A stretch of DNA of 64,000 nucleotides. Source: Tricharina praecox. Taxonomy: Eukaryota. The notes beneath the pieces were generated by a model that was not told the DNA's origin, did no database searches, and worked only from the letters and a program-made list of their open reading frames with translations. The translations under genes and the position numbers were made by a program. Below are positions 48,173-61,488 of the stretch, one piece after another. Position 1 is the stretch's first letter, and each line of letters opens with the position of its first letter. The stretch is taken from positions 1 through 64,000 of the forward strand of contig NW_026250433.1 of NCBI RefSeq assembly GCF_024521635.1. The letters are read 5' to 3'.

Positions 48173-50932
48173 TCACATGTCAACGCCATTGTGGTAGATA
48201 CCACGAATGACACGAGCAGGGTTACCAGCAACGACGGTGAAAGGCGGGACGTCCTGTGCGGATTGCATGTCAGTTAATTGTTACTCTTGACGGGGTCGGA
48301 AGCGGATGTGACTAACCCGTGTGACCACACTTCCAGCTCCGACGACACTTCCTTTTCCGATCGTGATGCCACCCCTGAGAGCAAGCGCCACATTAGCATA
48401 CATTCCGCCACATCATTGCCCGCAATAAGAGGCTAACTCACAATACGATGACATTTCCTCCCAACCAACAGTCTTCCTCGATCAGAACCGGCTTGGCCAT
48501 CTCTGGTCCCCGGGCTCCATTGCGTTTCCGCGGGTCGATGGGGTGGGTCGCAGCGTAGATGCTGACACCGGGCGACAGGATCGTGCGCGCTTTGATGGTC
48601 ACGTTGCAGCTGTCCAGGATCGTACATCCAAACTCGATGTAAACGTTCTTTCCCAGACGAATGTTGTAGCCGTAGCTGCACGTGAACGGAGCGTCCACAG
48701 TGACATCTACGATATCACTCTGGTATCCATTGTCCGTGACGTAGGTGATGGCACCAGGTGTTCCAGGGGCAGCCCCAGTGCTCACCACCTCCCACTTATT
48801 TCCCGGTCGCAGAATATCGAGGAGCATTCTGCCCTTCTCGCCCTCCGACACTTGGCTGTTTGGGTTCGACGCGATATTATTGTATCTCCAGCAAGCCGCC
48901 TTGCAGGCCTCACGTTCGGCGACCAGCTCGGGCGAGCTAGCGTGGTACAACTCCGAGTTGATCATCTTCTCCTTCTCCGACCTCGGACGAACCATCGCGC
49001 CGGATGCCGCAGTCAATGCTTGGTGCGAGGAAAACGACACACGACGATCCGAACCGCCCATCGTAGGACTAGCAGCTACGTTGGGATTGACGTTTGGGGT
49101 GCTGTTGTTGTTGTTACTGCTGCTGCTGTTGTTGTTTCCATTCTCGTGTTGTGGGGTAGATGCGGAAGGCGTAGGACCGTTATCGCCGCGTAGAGGCAAG
49201 TAGGCGTGGTTCGCAGACCGTGGAGACATGCCGTCTTGCGTCGGTGTTGCGTTTCGACCGCCAGAGAGCTCATCAGCGCGCGCGTGGTAAGGACGGTCCT
49301 CCATTCCCATCCGATGGGAAGCGCTCGTGGGCGTCGAGACGGGGATGGTATGTGTGTGGATTGGGGAGTCCACCATGGGTTGATCTTCCTTCGACTGAAT
49401 ATATGGTGGTCCGGTAACAACTGAGGGAGGTATCTGCTTGCCCGGGGGCTTCTGCCAACTGACTTTACCTGAATAACCTTCACAAACGAAACCTCCACGT
49501 TTGCAATTAGTACCTATTGAAAATGTCAGTAGATGTAGTTGACACCCAGCTTAGATCGACAGTAAATAAGAACAAACACGGGATAGCAGTCTATAAAGGA
49601 AAGAAGTGAAGGGCTGGATCAAGGGCTGAGAGAGTGTGTCCGTGCATTGTTGGTGGCGGTGGTGGTTGCGGGATGGGGAGGGGGTAAGACAGCAAGGTAC
49701 AGGATGATAAGGCGTTGGGAAGCGATCGACAATGAAATAGCCGCCAGAATTGCTCGCGCCGACCACAACAACGAAGGGGGGAGGGGGGAGGGGGCGTATG
49801 ATGGCTAGCTAACGAGATACCGTAATGACACGGCGGAAAGACACGACCGATTTTTTTTATTTTTTTTGCAACTCATGCAAAGCGGAGGAAGAGCGGATTA
49901 AGAATGAAAAAGAAAAGAAAGAGCAAAAAGCAGTAAAAAAAATATTCTATTTGGCTAAAGGAATGGAGGGGAGGGGAACTGACATTCTGGCTTGCCTTCA
50001 TCACACTTCTTCTTCCGTCGGCGGCAGGTGATACAGCCAGTTTTGGTTCGGTTGCTGAACACTCTCTTTCTTCGCTTCGGATCCACACGCACACCGGTTA
50101 TAGGGTCCATCTGTAGGCTCTGTGGATGTGGGGATGTCTCTTCCATGGTGTTCCCTCGCACACTCCTATCCCCGTCTTCGGACATTGCGTCCATGCGATG
50201 TAGACCGTGCTCGGGCATTGGCATCGGCCCCATTGCCGCCTCGTGGGCAGCCAGATGATGATGCTGGGTCTGCGTCACAGGACTCACGGATCGCTTCCTC
50301 TTCTGGCCGGCCAAATCCGATCCGAGTGCTTGCCATGGATCGTCAGCGGTAGGCGGCGGCATGCGCGGAGAATTGGACCGAGAGCGGTCGTGATGGGCGT
50401 ATCCGTTTCCGTTTCCGTTGACGGGCGTTTGAGGGTTAGTGCTGGCGTTGGGAGCGCTGGTGTTCGGGGTGGAGCTGGTGTTCGGAGCGCTGGGGGTCGG
50501 AGCACTGCTTTGGTTCGGAGTGCCATGATTCGTAATGTTAGGGTTTGGGGCGCTGGGGGCGTTGTTGCCGTTGCTGCTACTGCTGCTGCTATTGTTATTG
50601 GCAACCGGCGTCGGCGTGCTGCTGCTGCTGACACCGTTGCCATTGCTCGCTCCGTTGTACGCAACAGTAGGTGCCTGGCGGGCGGCAGGCACCGGCGTCG
50701 ACGGGGCCACAGTAACTGGTTGCCCACCACCGAAGATGGTTGTAGGATTGCGGATGGGCGCTAATGGCGAAGGCGCGGGTGCGGGTGCGGTTCCATTCGT
50801 GGGTGAGCCATCGGAGGACGAGCGGCGAGCAAAATTGTTGGTTGTGTTTACCGCCGTGAATTGCTGGGGCGGAAGTGGCTCGCCGCCATGTGCCGGCGAA
50901 GTAGGGCCGGGTTCAGTACCATCGTTGGACAT
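48173..50932 (-). CDS. Zn(II)2Cys6 transcription factor fused to a maltose/galactoside O-acetyltransferase (left-handed beta-helix) domain, 719 aa
   Basis: Exons 50932-49984, 49513-48442, 48374-48317, 48253-48173. CITCRRRKKKCDEGKPECTNCKRGGFVC; EKEKM..ELY, PFTCSYGYNI, YAATHPID, CWLGG, GAGSVVTRDVPP..VAGNPAR. Confidence 0.92.
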
Positions 50933-52228
50933 TGCGTGAAGCCTCACTGAGAACGTCCGTGCTCTTTCTCTCTGTTTCTCTTTCTCTCTTTCTCTCTCAC
51001 ACACACTCTCTAACACTCTCTGTTTCCCTCCTTCTTCAATTGCCACTTTCCGAGGTGGCTGGGTGTTGTAAAGTTAAGGACGCAAGATCAGCTGAGCGAA
51101 TGGATGTAACAGTCAAGGGGGGGCTGGGATGGGGTGGGCGCGTTCGATGATAGCTGGTGGTTGTTGTGGTGGTGGTGGTGGTGGTGGTTGTGGTGGTGGA
51201 GGAGGGTTAAGCTTGGAGGAGGTTGCGTTGTGATATAGCGAAGCGCGAGCGGGAACGACTTAAATAAGTAGTAGCGAAGCCCGGAGTACAAGAGTTGAAG
51301 ACGGCGCGCGCGTGAGTTTCTGGTTGCAAGTACAAATGTCTGCAGCAGCGGAAGCGTAATGTCGGTACCGGCTTGCCGGATGCCTTTAGCAAGGAGCGAG
51401 CGTTGACTGGTAAGAATAGAAAAGTGTCTCTCTTTCTTTCTGTCTGTCTGTCTGTCTTTTTTTTCCTTTCTTTCCCTGTGTTCTGATTTCTCCGTGATCT
51501 CTGGGAACGCGAAGGAAGCGGGGGACGCAGAAACGGGGGTGGGTGTGTGGGAGTTGAAATGGGGTGAGAGAAGAAGAGTTGGGGTGGGCGGGCAGACGAG
51601 GCACTTTTTCAGGGTGGTGAATTGGGGGTGGGAGGGACGGGTGGGGAGTGGAGGGAGAGGAAGGGTGGGTGGTGCTGGTACTGGTGGTGCTGCTGGTGGT
51701 GGTGGCCAGCAAGCAGTGGGTGGAAGGATGAATGAGTTGAGTAGAGTTAGGTTTTCGAGGAGAGGGCGGAAAGGCGGAAGACCAAGCGCTGAGGGTGGGC
51801 GGAAGAGGATGCTCTGTTGTGCAGTACTTGGGCGCGACAGGATTGGTCGATGCAGTTGCATGGTAAGCGGACCCGACCGGCTGGGCACACGCAATGACCC
51901 GGCGCTGACCCCCCGCCTGACCTTTGCCGGGGCAGGAGCGCGCGACTCGGGTCCGACTCGGGTCCTGGACCGAGCAGGACAGGGATCGAGTCGATGGGAC
52001 GCGCGGTGAACGGGGCGCGGAAGGGAGAGACGAGAAGAGCAGAGACGGAGAGAGAGCGACACTAGGCGGCAAGTGAGGAAGATGGAGAACCGGGTGTCAA
52101 AGACGTCAGAGTTCGCCGCGAGCGACAATTAGCACTGCACAGGTATAGGTAGTACAAGGGTGGTGGTGGTGATGGTTATCGCGGGCGATTGAGCGGTTGG
52201 CATTCAGGGCTTTTCCCGCGGTGAAAGC

Positions 52229-52386
52229 GACGGACCGCCAGGCAGGCGAAAGTGGTGCAATGGGCGACCGCAGTGAACAAGACAGACCGCCAGGCAGGCA
52301 AAAGTGGCGGAATGGAGTGGACGACCGCTGCGAATAAGACGGACCGCCAGGCAAAGTGGAGTGAACTCTGGAGTGGGCGACCGCAG
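52229..52386. repeat. Three degenerate 52-57-bp tandem units
   Basis: GACRGACCGCCAGGCA..AAAGTGG..GGRCGACCGC units starting 52229, 52281, 52338. Confidence 0.85.
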
Positions 52387-53850
52387 CCGTAGCGGTGTGC
52401 AATGTGTGGCCAACCTGGCGGCTGATGATCGATGGCATCATCGCAATACGAGAAGAATGAACGCGGGAGGATTCACAGGCACGTATGTACTCTACATACA
52501 TACTGGTACGTACCAACTGACCCGCAGGAGCTGGCACTGAAGACAAACGAGCACTTGGATCTGGCGCAACAAAGTACCGGATCTCGCTGGTACGTATGGC
52601 GGGTGGGTATGTACAGTACTCGCAGCTGGTAATCCTTCCGGGACCAGACCAGACCAGCGCACTCACTCACACACCATACACGCACACACACACACACGGA
52701 TAACACAGGTTCTGAAGACTCAACATACAGAGGACGCTGCGGAACAGGTTTGTTAGTTCGACTATCAAGCGCTTGCATGCGACTGACGACGATGCTGCGA
52801 AAAACCGTTGAAGAATACCATCACAACCTTGCGGATTCTGATCACATTCGCCCCGCTCCATCTACACACCTTTCGAATAGCGCACGACGATTGACCGGAG
52901 CTTCTTGCTTGCCAGCTTCCTTCCTTCCTTCCTTCCTTCCATCCATCCATCCATCCATCCATCGTTCCCTTCCCTCCATGGGTAAACGGGTTGGCGGGTA
53001 CAGAGCCCAACTCGACAGCCAACGGTGGCGATGTGTGGGGGATAATGGGGGGGAGGGGGATGCGAGCGTGTGTGAGAACCAGAGTTGGTGACTTGGATCG
53101 ATCATGCAAGAGCAGCGAAAATGGGCAAAGATTGCAAGGGCAAAACACCTAGACGCTGCGCGGATATCTCAGCTGAGGGCACGGCAAGAGTGTTCCATGT
53201 GACCTGCTGGGGGGGGAAGGGCTAAACTCGGTCGGGCAGCGCAGACCCGCCGCCGCCTCCAACACGATGGTTAATACCGGTAATCCAACCTTGTCTGGCC
53301 GTCCAAACATCCTGTCCCCCCCTCCCCCTATGCGAGCGAGAATACCGGTACTGGCTACTACTCTGGAGTACACCCTCCTCATTGTCGGTCGAACTTGATG
53401 GAAGGCGCGGGGCGGAGTCTGGCGTTCTGGCGTTCTGGCGTTCTGGCGTTCTTTCCCCCCCTTCCATGCGGTGGTCACCGAGCTGAACGCCCGAGTAACG
53501 TAACGAGAACGTCAACCGGACACCATTAGTCGCCACTCGGGAACGAAACGAAGAAACAGGAAAACTATCCTCCGTACGGCACGGTTAGTCGGCGCGATGA
53601 ACAGGATACCCAAGTACCTGCCTAGCGTTCCCTGGACTCCCGTCTCGTCCCCCCACTCCCCTCGCCTCAGGAAAGCTGACATATCGCCCTTGTCCGGCGG
53701 CCGGTCGGTTCGTGCCGCGGATCGCAATTAGGACTGCCCTCCCGCGGGAAGTGGTGCGTAGGCCCATCCTCCGTCCCAGTTCGCCGCCGCCGACGCCGTG
53801 CGACTGTGGAAGCGACCGACTCCCGCTTGACTGAACAACGAAGCCCCGAA

Positions 53851-54050
53851 CGGACAGACGATCAGACCTGATCTCCGCGCGAGTTCTTTGTGCGGCTACT
53901 TTCCACCAGCCCGAGCGGACTGATGATCAGACCTGATCTCCGCGTGAGCTCTCCGAGCGGCGACTCGACTGCCCACCAGCCCAAGCGGACTGACGATCAG
54001 ACCTGATCTCAGTGTGAGTTCTTTGAGCGGCGACTGTCACTCCCCACCCT
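53851..54050. repeat. Three 65-70-bp tandem units, each with the palindrome GATCAG-AC-CTGATC
   Basis: Units start 53851, 53916, 53986; invariant core GATCAGACCTGATCTC. Confidence 0.9.
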
Positions 54051-54801
54051 CCAGCAGCGCTTTCCCGAAGTATCGTCTCGAGTCTCGACTGGCTGAAGGC
54101 TGGGTCGCCAAATAGTCTGCAGCGAAAACACAAGCGTACATATGCAATGCATGCATCCTGCCAGCCACGCCTGCGATTGGGATAAGTCGACGAGATCAGA
54201 TCGTATGTATGTATGATTGTATGCAGTCATTTTCTCTCACGTACACTAAATGCCTATGTGTGTGTGTACCACGAGTGCGCCTGGCCGGAACTGGACGAGA
54301 GGAAAGAAAAGAAGGAAATTTAAGAAAGACAGAAAGAAATAATGTGGAGAAAATCGAAAAGAGAGCAAAGGGGTGCGGTCCGAACTCCACGTCTGGCGAT
54401 TGTCGCGGATCATCATTGCCCGTTGGCTAGGAGCCATCGGCATAGCGTAACCAGGTTCGCGCAGCACCACCACCGCAACCACCACCACCAGCATCACCAC
54501 CAAGCAGCACCACCACCACCGCAGCTTGCAATCCGCAACCAACAATCCACAACTCACAACTCACAACAACCTACAGCTCACAATAATCCACAGCTCACAA
54601 TAATCCACAGCTCACAACCCACAACAACTCACAACACTACACAATCCAACCTGACGACGACGACGTGTCACCGCGTCTGTGCCGGAGCATCACACCTGAG
54701 GCGCAAGTAGAGTGGGTACATGTAGCCCACCTACCTACTTGCATGTGCCTTGCGCTGCCTCGAAGTTTAGGTCGCTGGTGCTGGTGCTGTTGTTGTTGCT
54801 G

Positions 54802-54802
<1 letters not shown>

Positions 54803-54841
<39 letters not shown>
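54803..54841. repeat. (TAT)n microsatellite
   Basis: About 13 units. Confidence 0.95.
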
Positions 54842-55395
54842 CATGATTATCGCTCTATTTTCTGTTTGCCGCAAGCGTTATATCCCGTGCACGCAGCGCC
54901 CATCGCTAATTTGTTGGTTTTCTTGATCGCCTGCCAACCGACCTCTTGCAGCCGGCGCTGTTGCAGCGACCAACCAGTGCGGTCGTACGAGTCGACGGTG
55001 CCGCTTTCCCCCAGGCATGCGATCCGAAAATGCCACGTAAAGGCGAGAGCTTCCGTGTGTGTTCGCGCCGATAAAAATGAAATAAAAAAACGTTTGTTCG
55101 CTTCGCTGTTCTTTCGTCGAAGTTTCTTCCTTCATCGACCCAGGCCGGGAAGCCATAATTTAGATGCTCTAGATACTCTATGCTCACTCACTTATTCTAC
55201 CGTAGCCGTCGCACACGTGAAGCACCCACCCACCCCCATCCCCCCGCACGGGCACGGGCTGGTGCTTTCCCAATCGGTAAACGCGATTACCGCATGACCA
55301 ATGAACCCAAGAAACCCTCACCGTAATCTCCCCCCTCCAATCGGGGCCCAGACTCACTATGTTTTGCTTGCTCCACCCCTCCCCCCACAGACGTC

Positions 55396-55657
55396 GGGGG
55401 TTGGACTCGGAGCATCAGCCAGCCAGCCAGCCAGCTCCATCGGGGGTTGGATTCGGAGCATCAGCCAGCCAGCCAGCCAGCTCCATCGGGGTTGGCTCAA
55501 TCGCTGCAATCAATTCCTATCGTACATGCCTATCCGTCGTTCGGATCCTCACTACTGCAAACAGGACAGGACAAGACAGGACAGAACAGGACAGAACAGG
55601 ACAGAACAGGACAGAACAGGACAGAACAGGACAGAACAGGACAGGACAGAACAGGAC
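55396..55657. repeat. ~46-bp tandem duplication followed by an (ACAGR)n pentamer array
   Basis: GGGGTTGGAYTCGGAGCATCAGCCAGCC...CTCCATC twice plus a partial copy; ACAGG/ACAGA array at 55561-55657. Confidence 0.9.
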
Positions 55658-58600
55658 CAACTCAGCCTGGCAGCTCTCTTGGGATCACTGTCCCGCCCTT
55701 TCGGATGGCCCGATCGACCGACCGACCGACTGACTGCATCGAACCAGAAACGACTGGCCAACGCGACTGACTGGCTGACTGGCTGACTGGACCGACCGAC
55801 TACTGGCTCGTCGTCGTCGAGCAGAACGATTAGTCACACGAACTCAAGTTATCTTCATACCTCCTACATACATTCTTCATCCACCCCACCTATGTAGAGT
55901 AGTTTCCATGCAGCCCATATACCCACATACCCACCTACCTACTTCTCCACATAACTACGTCCCAACTACATACCTCCTACATATCCTCTAGATAATCTAA
56001 AGCAGACATGCCTACCTACCTACTCTAGCGCACACCGCTTCCCCATCCTTCGGAACTGACGAGCGGCATACCGGTACCCCCCCTCCTCTCGATGGCGGTT
56101 TGAACTTTTTGGCCTCGTGCCTGACGAGTCCTCCTAGGTTTCCTACGCTTCCCTTTGGCTATCTGGCTGGCTGGCTAGTTGGCGGGCGGGCGGGCGAGTC
56201 GGCAGTGCTGCGCCCAAGAAAGACATGTTTCGCGGATTTGCCCCCCATGTCTCCCCCTCGAGCACACACAACACACGACGCGGCTGTTTCAGTGGCACAG
56301 CCTCCCAACTACCCAAATACACACGCACGATTCCATCGGGCGGGCAGGCATGGGTGATAGGTAGTAGCATAGAATAGCTAAGCGTGCGCGGCGACGACTC
56401 ATTCCTGCAAACCCCCCCCTCCGAAGCGTGTCAGCCGTTCGTATCCGTCGTAGAGGCGTCTGACCGTGATGGACCACTGGGCAGTGCCGAGCAGTCGTCG
56501 TCGTCTTCGTCGTGTGTGGTGTGTGGTGTGTGTGTGTGGAGGGGGCGCTGGGGGGGTGGTTACCGCCTGGCGCTGGATCGACGCGACTCACGCACGCAAC
56601 CCCCCTTTCCGAGGCGCACCTTTGGCTGCTGCTGCTGCTGCTGCTTCCTGGTCCCATGCTCCTGCTGCTGCTGCCCTATGCTCGCGCCACGGCCTTGCAC
56701 GCACAACGTGAGGGAGGGGGGGGAGGGGGCCGCACGTAGAGTACCATACATAGAGTAGAGTGCCTCGTATATCGAGCTTATGGCTCCCACCAAGAGACAC
56801 GAAGGATAAGCGAGGAAAGCGACCTGGCGAGGTGTTGCTCTACTACTAGTAGTATAGTACCCGAATGATGCTCTTTGTGAACCACAGTTTTGGCGCAGAT
56901 GGCGAGCTGAGGACTACCCACCTACCAAGTGTATAGTAGCAATAACCAAGCAAGTACATAGCAGCTGAAGAATGTCACCGTCGAGTATCTACCTACCTAT
57001 CTCCATCCCGTTGGTCCCGTTGGACTCGCTGGCCACCGCCGCCGCCGTCGTCTCTGGCTGGCTGGCTGGCTGTCGGCACTCGACGACGATTTCGGATCTG
57101 CAGCAGTCCGCTTGCATGCAGAATGCCGGTTGAAGGTTGCTTTTCCGAATCATCACCAACCAACTTGCACACACACAGACTCACCAAGCGGGTATGTGGG
57201 TAAGGGTGGTATACGATGCCGAATATGACAAGATTCCGACAGTAGTATGTACCGGTGGCTATCAGATGGCACAAGTTGCTGTTTCCTTCGTCTTGTTGGA
57301 GTGATGGAGGAGCTGTCGGCCGCGGGAGAGAACGAATGTGGTTAGCACTATAGTGGGCACCAACGTTGGCGGGCATGGCGGGCATGACGGGATCGTCTTC
57401 TTCGTCTTCTTCGTCTTCTTCGTCTTCTTCTTCTTTCTCGATCACCGTCTACAAAATAGACGGTCAACCCACTATCTCCGCTCTCCCTTCTGTGTGCGCT
57501 TCCTTTCTCGTCAGGCCTGCGGATGCATTGACAAAGAGCCCTCGCAAAACCGTCTTCTTCTTTTCCTCCGTCTTCACGAGTGTGTATTATGTCGCGTAAA
57601 GTTTTGCCGACACCCAGACCCCCCGACCTATGACCTCTGACCGGAATTTCGGTCACGGCGACCCGGGCGACGAACGATTATTTCGGCCCGTCCTCTTTCT
57701 CTCTCTCTCTCCTCGCTCGGCGTGAGATGACAAAAAAAGAACACCAAACCGAAAAGACGGCGCAATTTCACAATCTCACCGAAGCGGTTCACGAGGAACT
57801 AGGATTGCCGAGATTCATAATTCGTCTCTCTCTCGCGCGCGCGCCCGGCGTGATTGATGGGGTGAGAGCCTAACCAGAGGGAGGGAAGGGGTGTGATAAT
57901 ACACGGTGACCCGCAATATAGGTTTGGGTGTGTGTGTGTGTCTGTGTGTCTAGACCCGACAAATCACTTCCCTTCTCCGGTCTTCATCAGTGGTGCCCCG
58001 CGAGTGCTGGGTCCCTCACCCCCCCCCCCCCTCCCCTTCTTGAGTCTTCACCCTCGGCTTTTTCTAGCTTTGCATTTCACCCACGGCGCTACGCCTCGAA
58101 TCCGGCAATCGAGCGGCTTGCACTTCCGCTTTTGGCGCCGTCTTCCTTGTCCTACCTAAGCATGTACGCAGTCAAAAACCTTCAGGAAAGGAAGGAAAAG
58201 CAAAAAGAAAACTTTCTCTCCACCTAGTTCTCGATCTATCTCTCGTGAAGAGAGAAAGAGAGGCAGAGAGCGCGCGCCCGCAGTTCGCTTCCCTTTCCGT
58301 GGCTCTGTTTCCTCACACTTACTTCATTCCCCTACCTGCGTACTCTATGCATCCCCCCCTCCCCCATCGCATTTACATATGTCCACTGATTTCGCAGTCT
58401 CAAAACTACGCAAAGCCATCGCAGCGGCTGCGTCCAGTCCAGCGTACGTGACGCGTGATGTGTGTGTGTGGGGGGGGTGCATTTAGCCCCTTCGCCCTCC
58501 GCCCCCCTATTCCCTATCCGACAAGATCCAGCACCCTCTCTCCCCAACGCAACCCAACCACAGCGCATCCCCACTGGGTCACAATCTCGGTCACAATTGT

Positions 58601-61020
58601 CACACCACACACCCGCATCGCCAGCCTCCTTCGAAATTCGTCACGGAGAATGCCGCACTCGGAGGAGGGGGGGGAGGGAGGGACCGTCGATCAATTGCCG
58701 CCCTGCCCAAAAATCCGCAACTCCCCCCCTCCCCGCCTCCACCCCTGGACTGAGTGCGCTTTTCGTTGCGGATTAGCGTCGCTGAGTGGCGCCGAGCGCA
58801 TGTCCAATGTGCGACAAGCACAAACTAGGAACTCTACCTACATATGCTACATAGAGTACGGTAGAGTAATAATCGGTCGGCCCTGAGCCTGAGCTTGAGC
58901 CTGAGCCTGAGCCTGAGCATGAGCTTGTGCCTTTTGGCTCGAGAGGAACTCAGCCGCTGGAGGGAATGGAATGGAATGCGACAACCAAGTCTGGTCCTTG
59001 TGGGCCTTCTTGCGAGTCCGTCGTCGTCTGTCCGTGTGGAAAGAAAGAAGAAAAACCAACAATCGCTCCTCCCCACGTACACACGGGACTGGCGAGGACG
59101 AACCAATGCGGCGTGTGTACAAGTGCCGTGTCGGTGCCAGTGGAGTCGCCCATCCCTCTCCTCTCACACCAAAGGCGAGGGGAGCGGCCGGGGGATGGAT
59201 GGGAAACGAGGTTCGCGGGTATATTATGGCGAGGATCCTACCTACACTCGCGACACCGCGGTCCCGAACTCCGGTGAGGATGACCGCTTGGGTGAGTCCC
59301 CGGCATTCAGTGGCGCGTCGGGCGCGTTAGATACGCTGAGCAGTGAGCGTGCCGTGCCAAACTTCAGAGCTTCCTAGGTACTTGGGTACATGGGTAGCAC
59401 GGCCACCAGCACCAATTGTACCGGTATCTATGGTACTTGTCGTATGTACTCGTACATACATGTCCGAATTACGATGCTACATAACGAGAGTACATACGAT
59501 CGATTGAAGGGAAAGGGAAAGGGAAATTCAACAAGCCCACTTGCGCTCTTGCGGTCTCACCCGTGTACCGAGGGGGCAAATCACAACTCCTCCGTATCGC
59601 AACATTACCGTATCTACCGTATTCTCCAGGCCCACGATGGCGACAGGGCCGGTAACTACATACGGATTTTGCCTACATACCCACTCACCCACCTACATAC
59701 CGACCTACATGCACACCCATTGGCGCGGGCTCTGATCCGACAAGATTTCGGGGACGGGTGGCAGGCAAGTGCCCATAGCGGCAGTTTTTCTCGCAGCGCT
59801 TTGCGGCGGCGGCGGCGGCGCGGACGAACCGTCTCATCAATGAGGATACACGTTCCTTATGTATGTAAATAAAACTAGTAGACACACACAGGCGGGGCGT
59901 GGCGTGGCGTTCGCAGGTCTCACTTCCCAACTTCGCTCCCCCCCCTCCTCCTCATCCCTCCCCACCACCTCCCTCACTCCTTGCCTCTCTCTCTTCGGCT
60001 TTTCTTTTTGCTTTTCTTTTTCTTTTTACTTCTTCGTCTTCGACTCTTTTGGTTTAGGCGTATTCGTATGCAACACACTCCTCACGAAAGAACGAACGGA
60101 CGGACGGACGATGGCGATGATGGCTGATTCATGGCTGATGGCTGCTGAACAGCACAGCGCAGCGCATACGTAGTCCGGTCACTGGCTGGTGTGTCCGGCT
60201 GGCAGAACGATTGGCCGAGCATGGGGGGGAACGAAACTACTTCTTACCTAACCATACTGAGTAGATACTAGTTACAGCAGTAGCAGCAGCAGCCCCCCTT
60301 CCCCTCTTAGGACTTAGTTAAGCCCTCTCGCATATATACATACGCCAACTTCCGCGCAAAGTCATCTAGCCGCTGAGGGCCCCGCCAGATCGGATATAGA
60401 GCAGAGTAGAGTACGCCTTGGGCTGGGACGACGGGAGAGGAAAAACGAAACGACGATAACGACGACGAGGAGGACGAGGGCGGGGACGACAAGACGGCTG
60501 GAGGAGGGGAGAGTCATGCGCTCATGAACTCGGATAGTTAGTGGTCGGTTGGTCATATCTACGGTGGTGGTGGTTGTGGTGGTTTCGGCCAACAAGTGCA
60601 AAAATCCAAACGCACGGACATAGCTTGCGGTATTGCAACACTGCAAAACTAGAGATAACTGACGACCGGCGACTGACGACTGACGATTGACGACTGACGG
60701 GAGTCTTGGCCGTGGTTATCCAACGTATGTAGAGTCCGTACATATCATACCTACAGACGAGAGCTCTACACACATACCAACCGCCGTGATCCATCACCGA
60801 CCCAATTATCGCACAAGTGCATAACCACAAACCTACGTATCGAACGCCCGTTGCATTTCCCACGGCATGGCTACCGTATCGAGGACATTTTCCCTAGCTA
60901 GTTGGTCCCCCACACAACAAAGAGCTCAAAAAAGAAAGCATAAAATACCCAAAAGGTGGGCACTCGGTTAGATAGATAGGGATCGCTGTGCATCCTCCCC
61001 TCCTTCTCTCCTCCAACTGC

Positions 61021-61488
61021 GTATGGTTGGGGACCCCTAGAGCCGATGGGGTGGGATATTCGTGGAAAAATCGAATTAATTACAAAACGGGTAATAAATA
61101 GCGATTTGTGAGATTTATTTAGCAAAAATAGGCATTTTTAATTCCATTTTAGGCCTATTCAGACCAAATATCAGCCCAAAAAGGTTCTTGGCTTACCCGA
61201 TTGGCTGTCCATGGGCCCAGAATGGGCAAATTCAGTGCAAACATGGGTGAATTGGGTGACAACAGGGGAGGGACATTGGGTTGGCCTCCATACAAAATGA
61301 GTTATTTTCTAAATTCTTCTTCTCCACAACCACGCGTCTTAAAATTAATCGGACTCTATTCAAATTACGGCCATGCGATTCTCTATCGATTAATAGAGAG
61401 TTTTTGTTCAAAAAGCTTTTTTGGTGGAGGAGATAGGTGTCAAAGTTGGAGGTGTTTTTCCATCGAGTATATGCGTCCCCAACCATAC
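61021..61488. mobile_element. AT-rich MITE-like element
   Basis: Imperfect ~29-bp TIR (GTATGGTTGGGGAC...GTCCCCAACCATAC); interior more AT-rich than the flanks. Confidence 0.6.

Noticed and set aside
51088..52128. 346-aa and 228-aa minus ORFs upstream of the TF
   Set aside because: Pro/His-rich low-complexity translations with no domain; likely 5' leader.
53851..54050. CRISPR-like look (palindromic repeat with spacers)
   Set aside because: The spacers are homologous to each other, there are only three units, no cas genes, and the context is eukaryotic.
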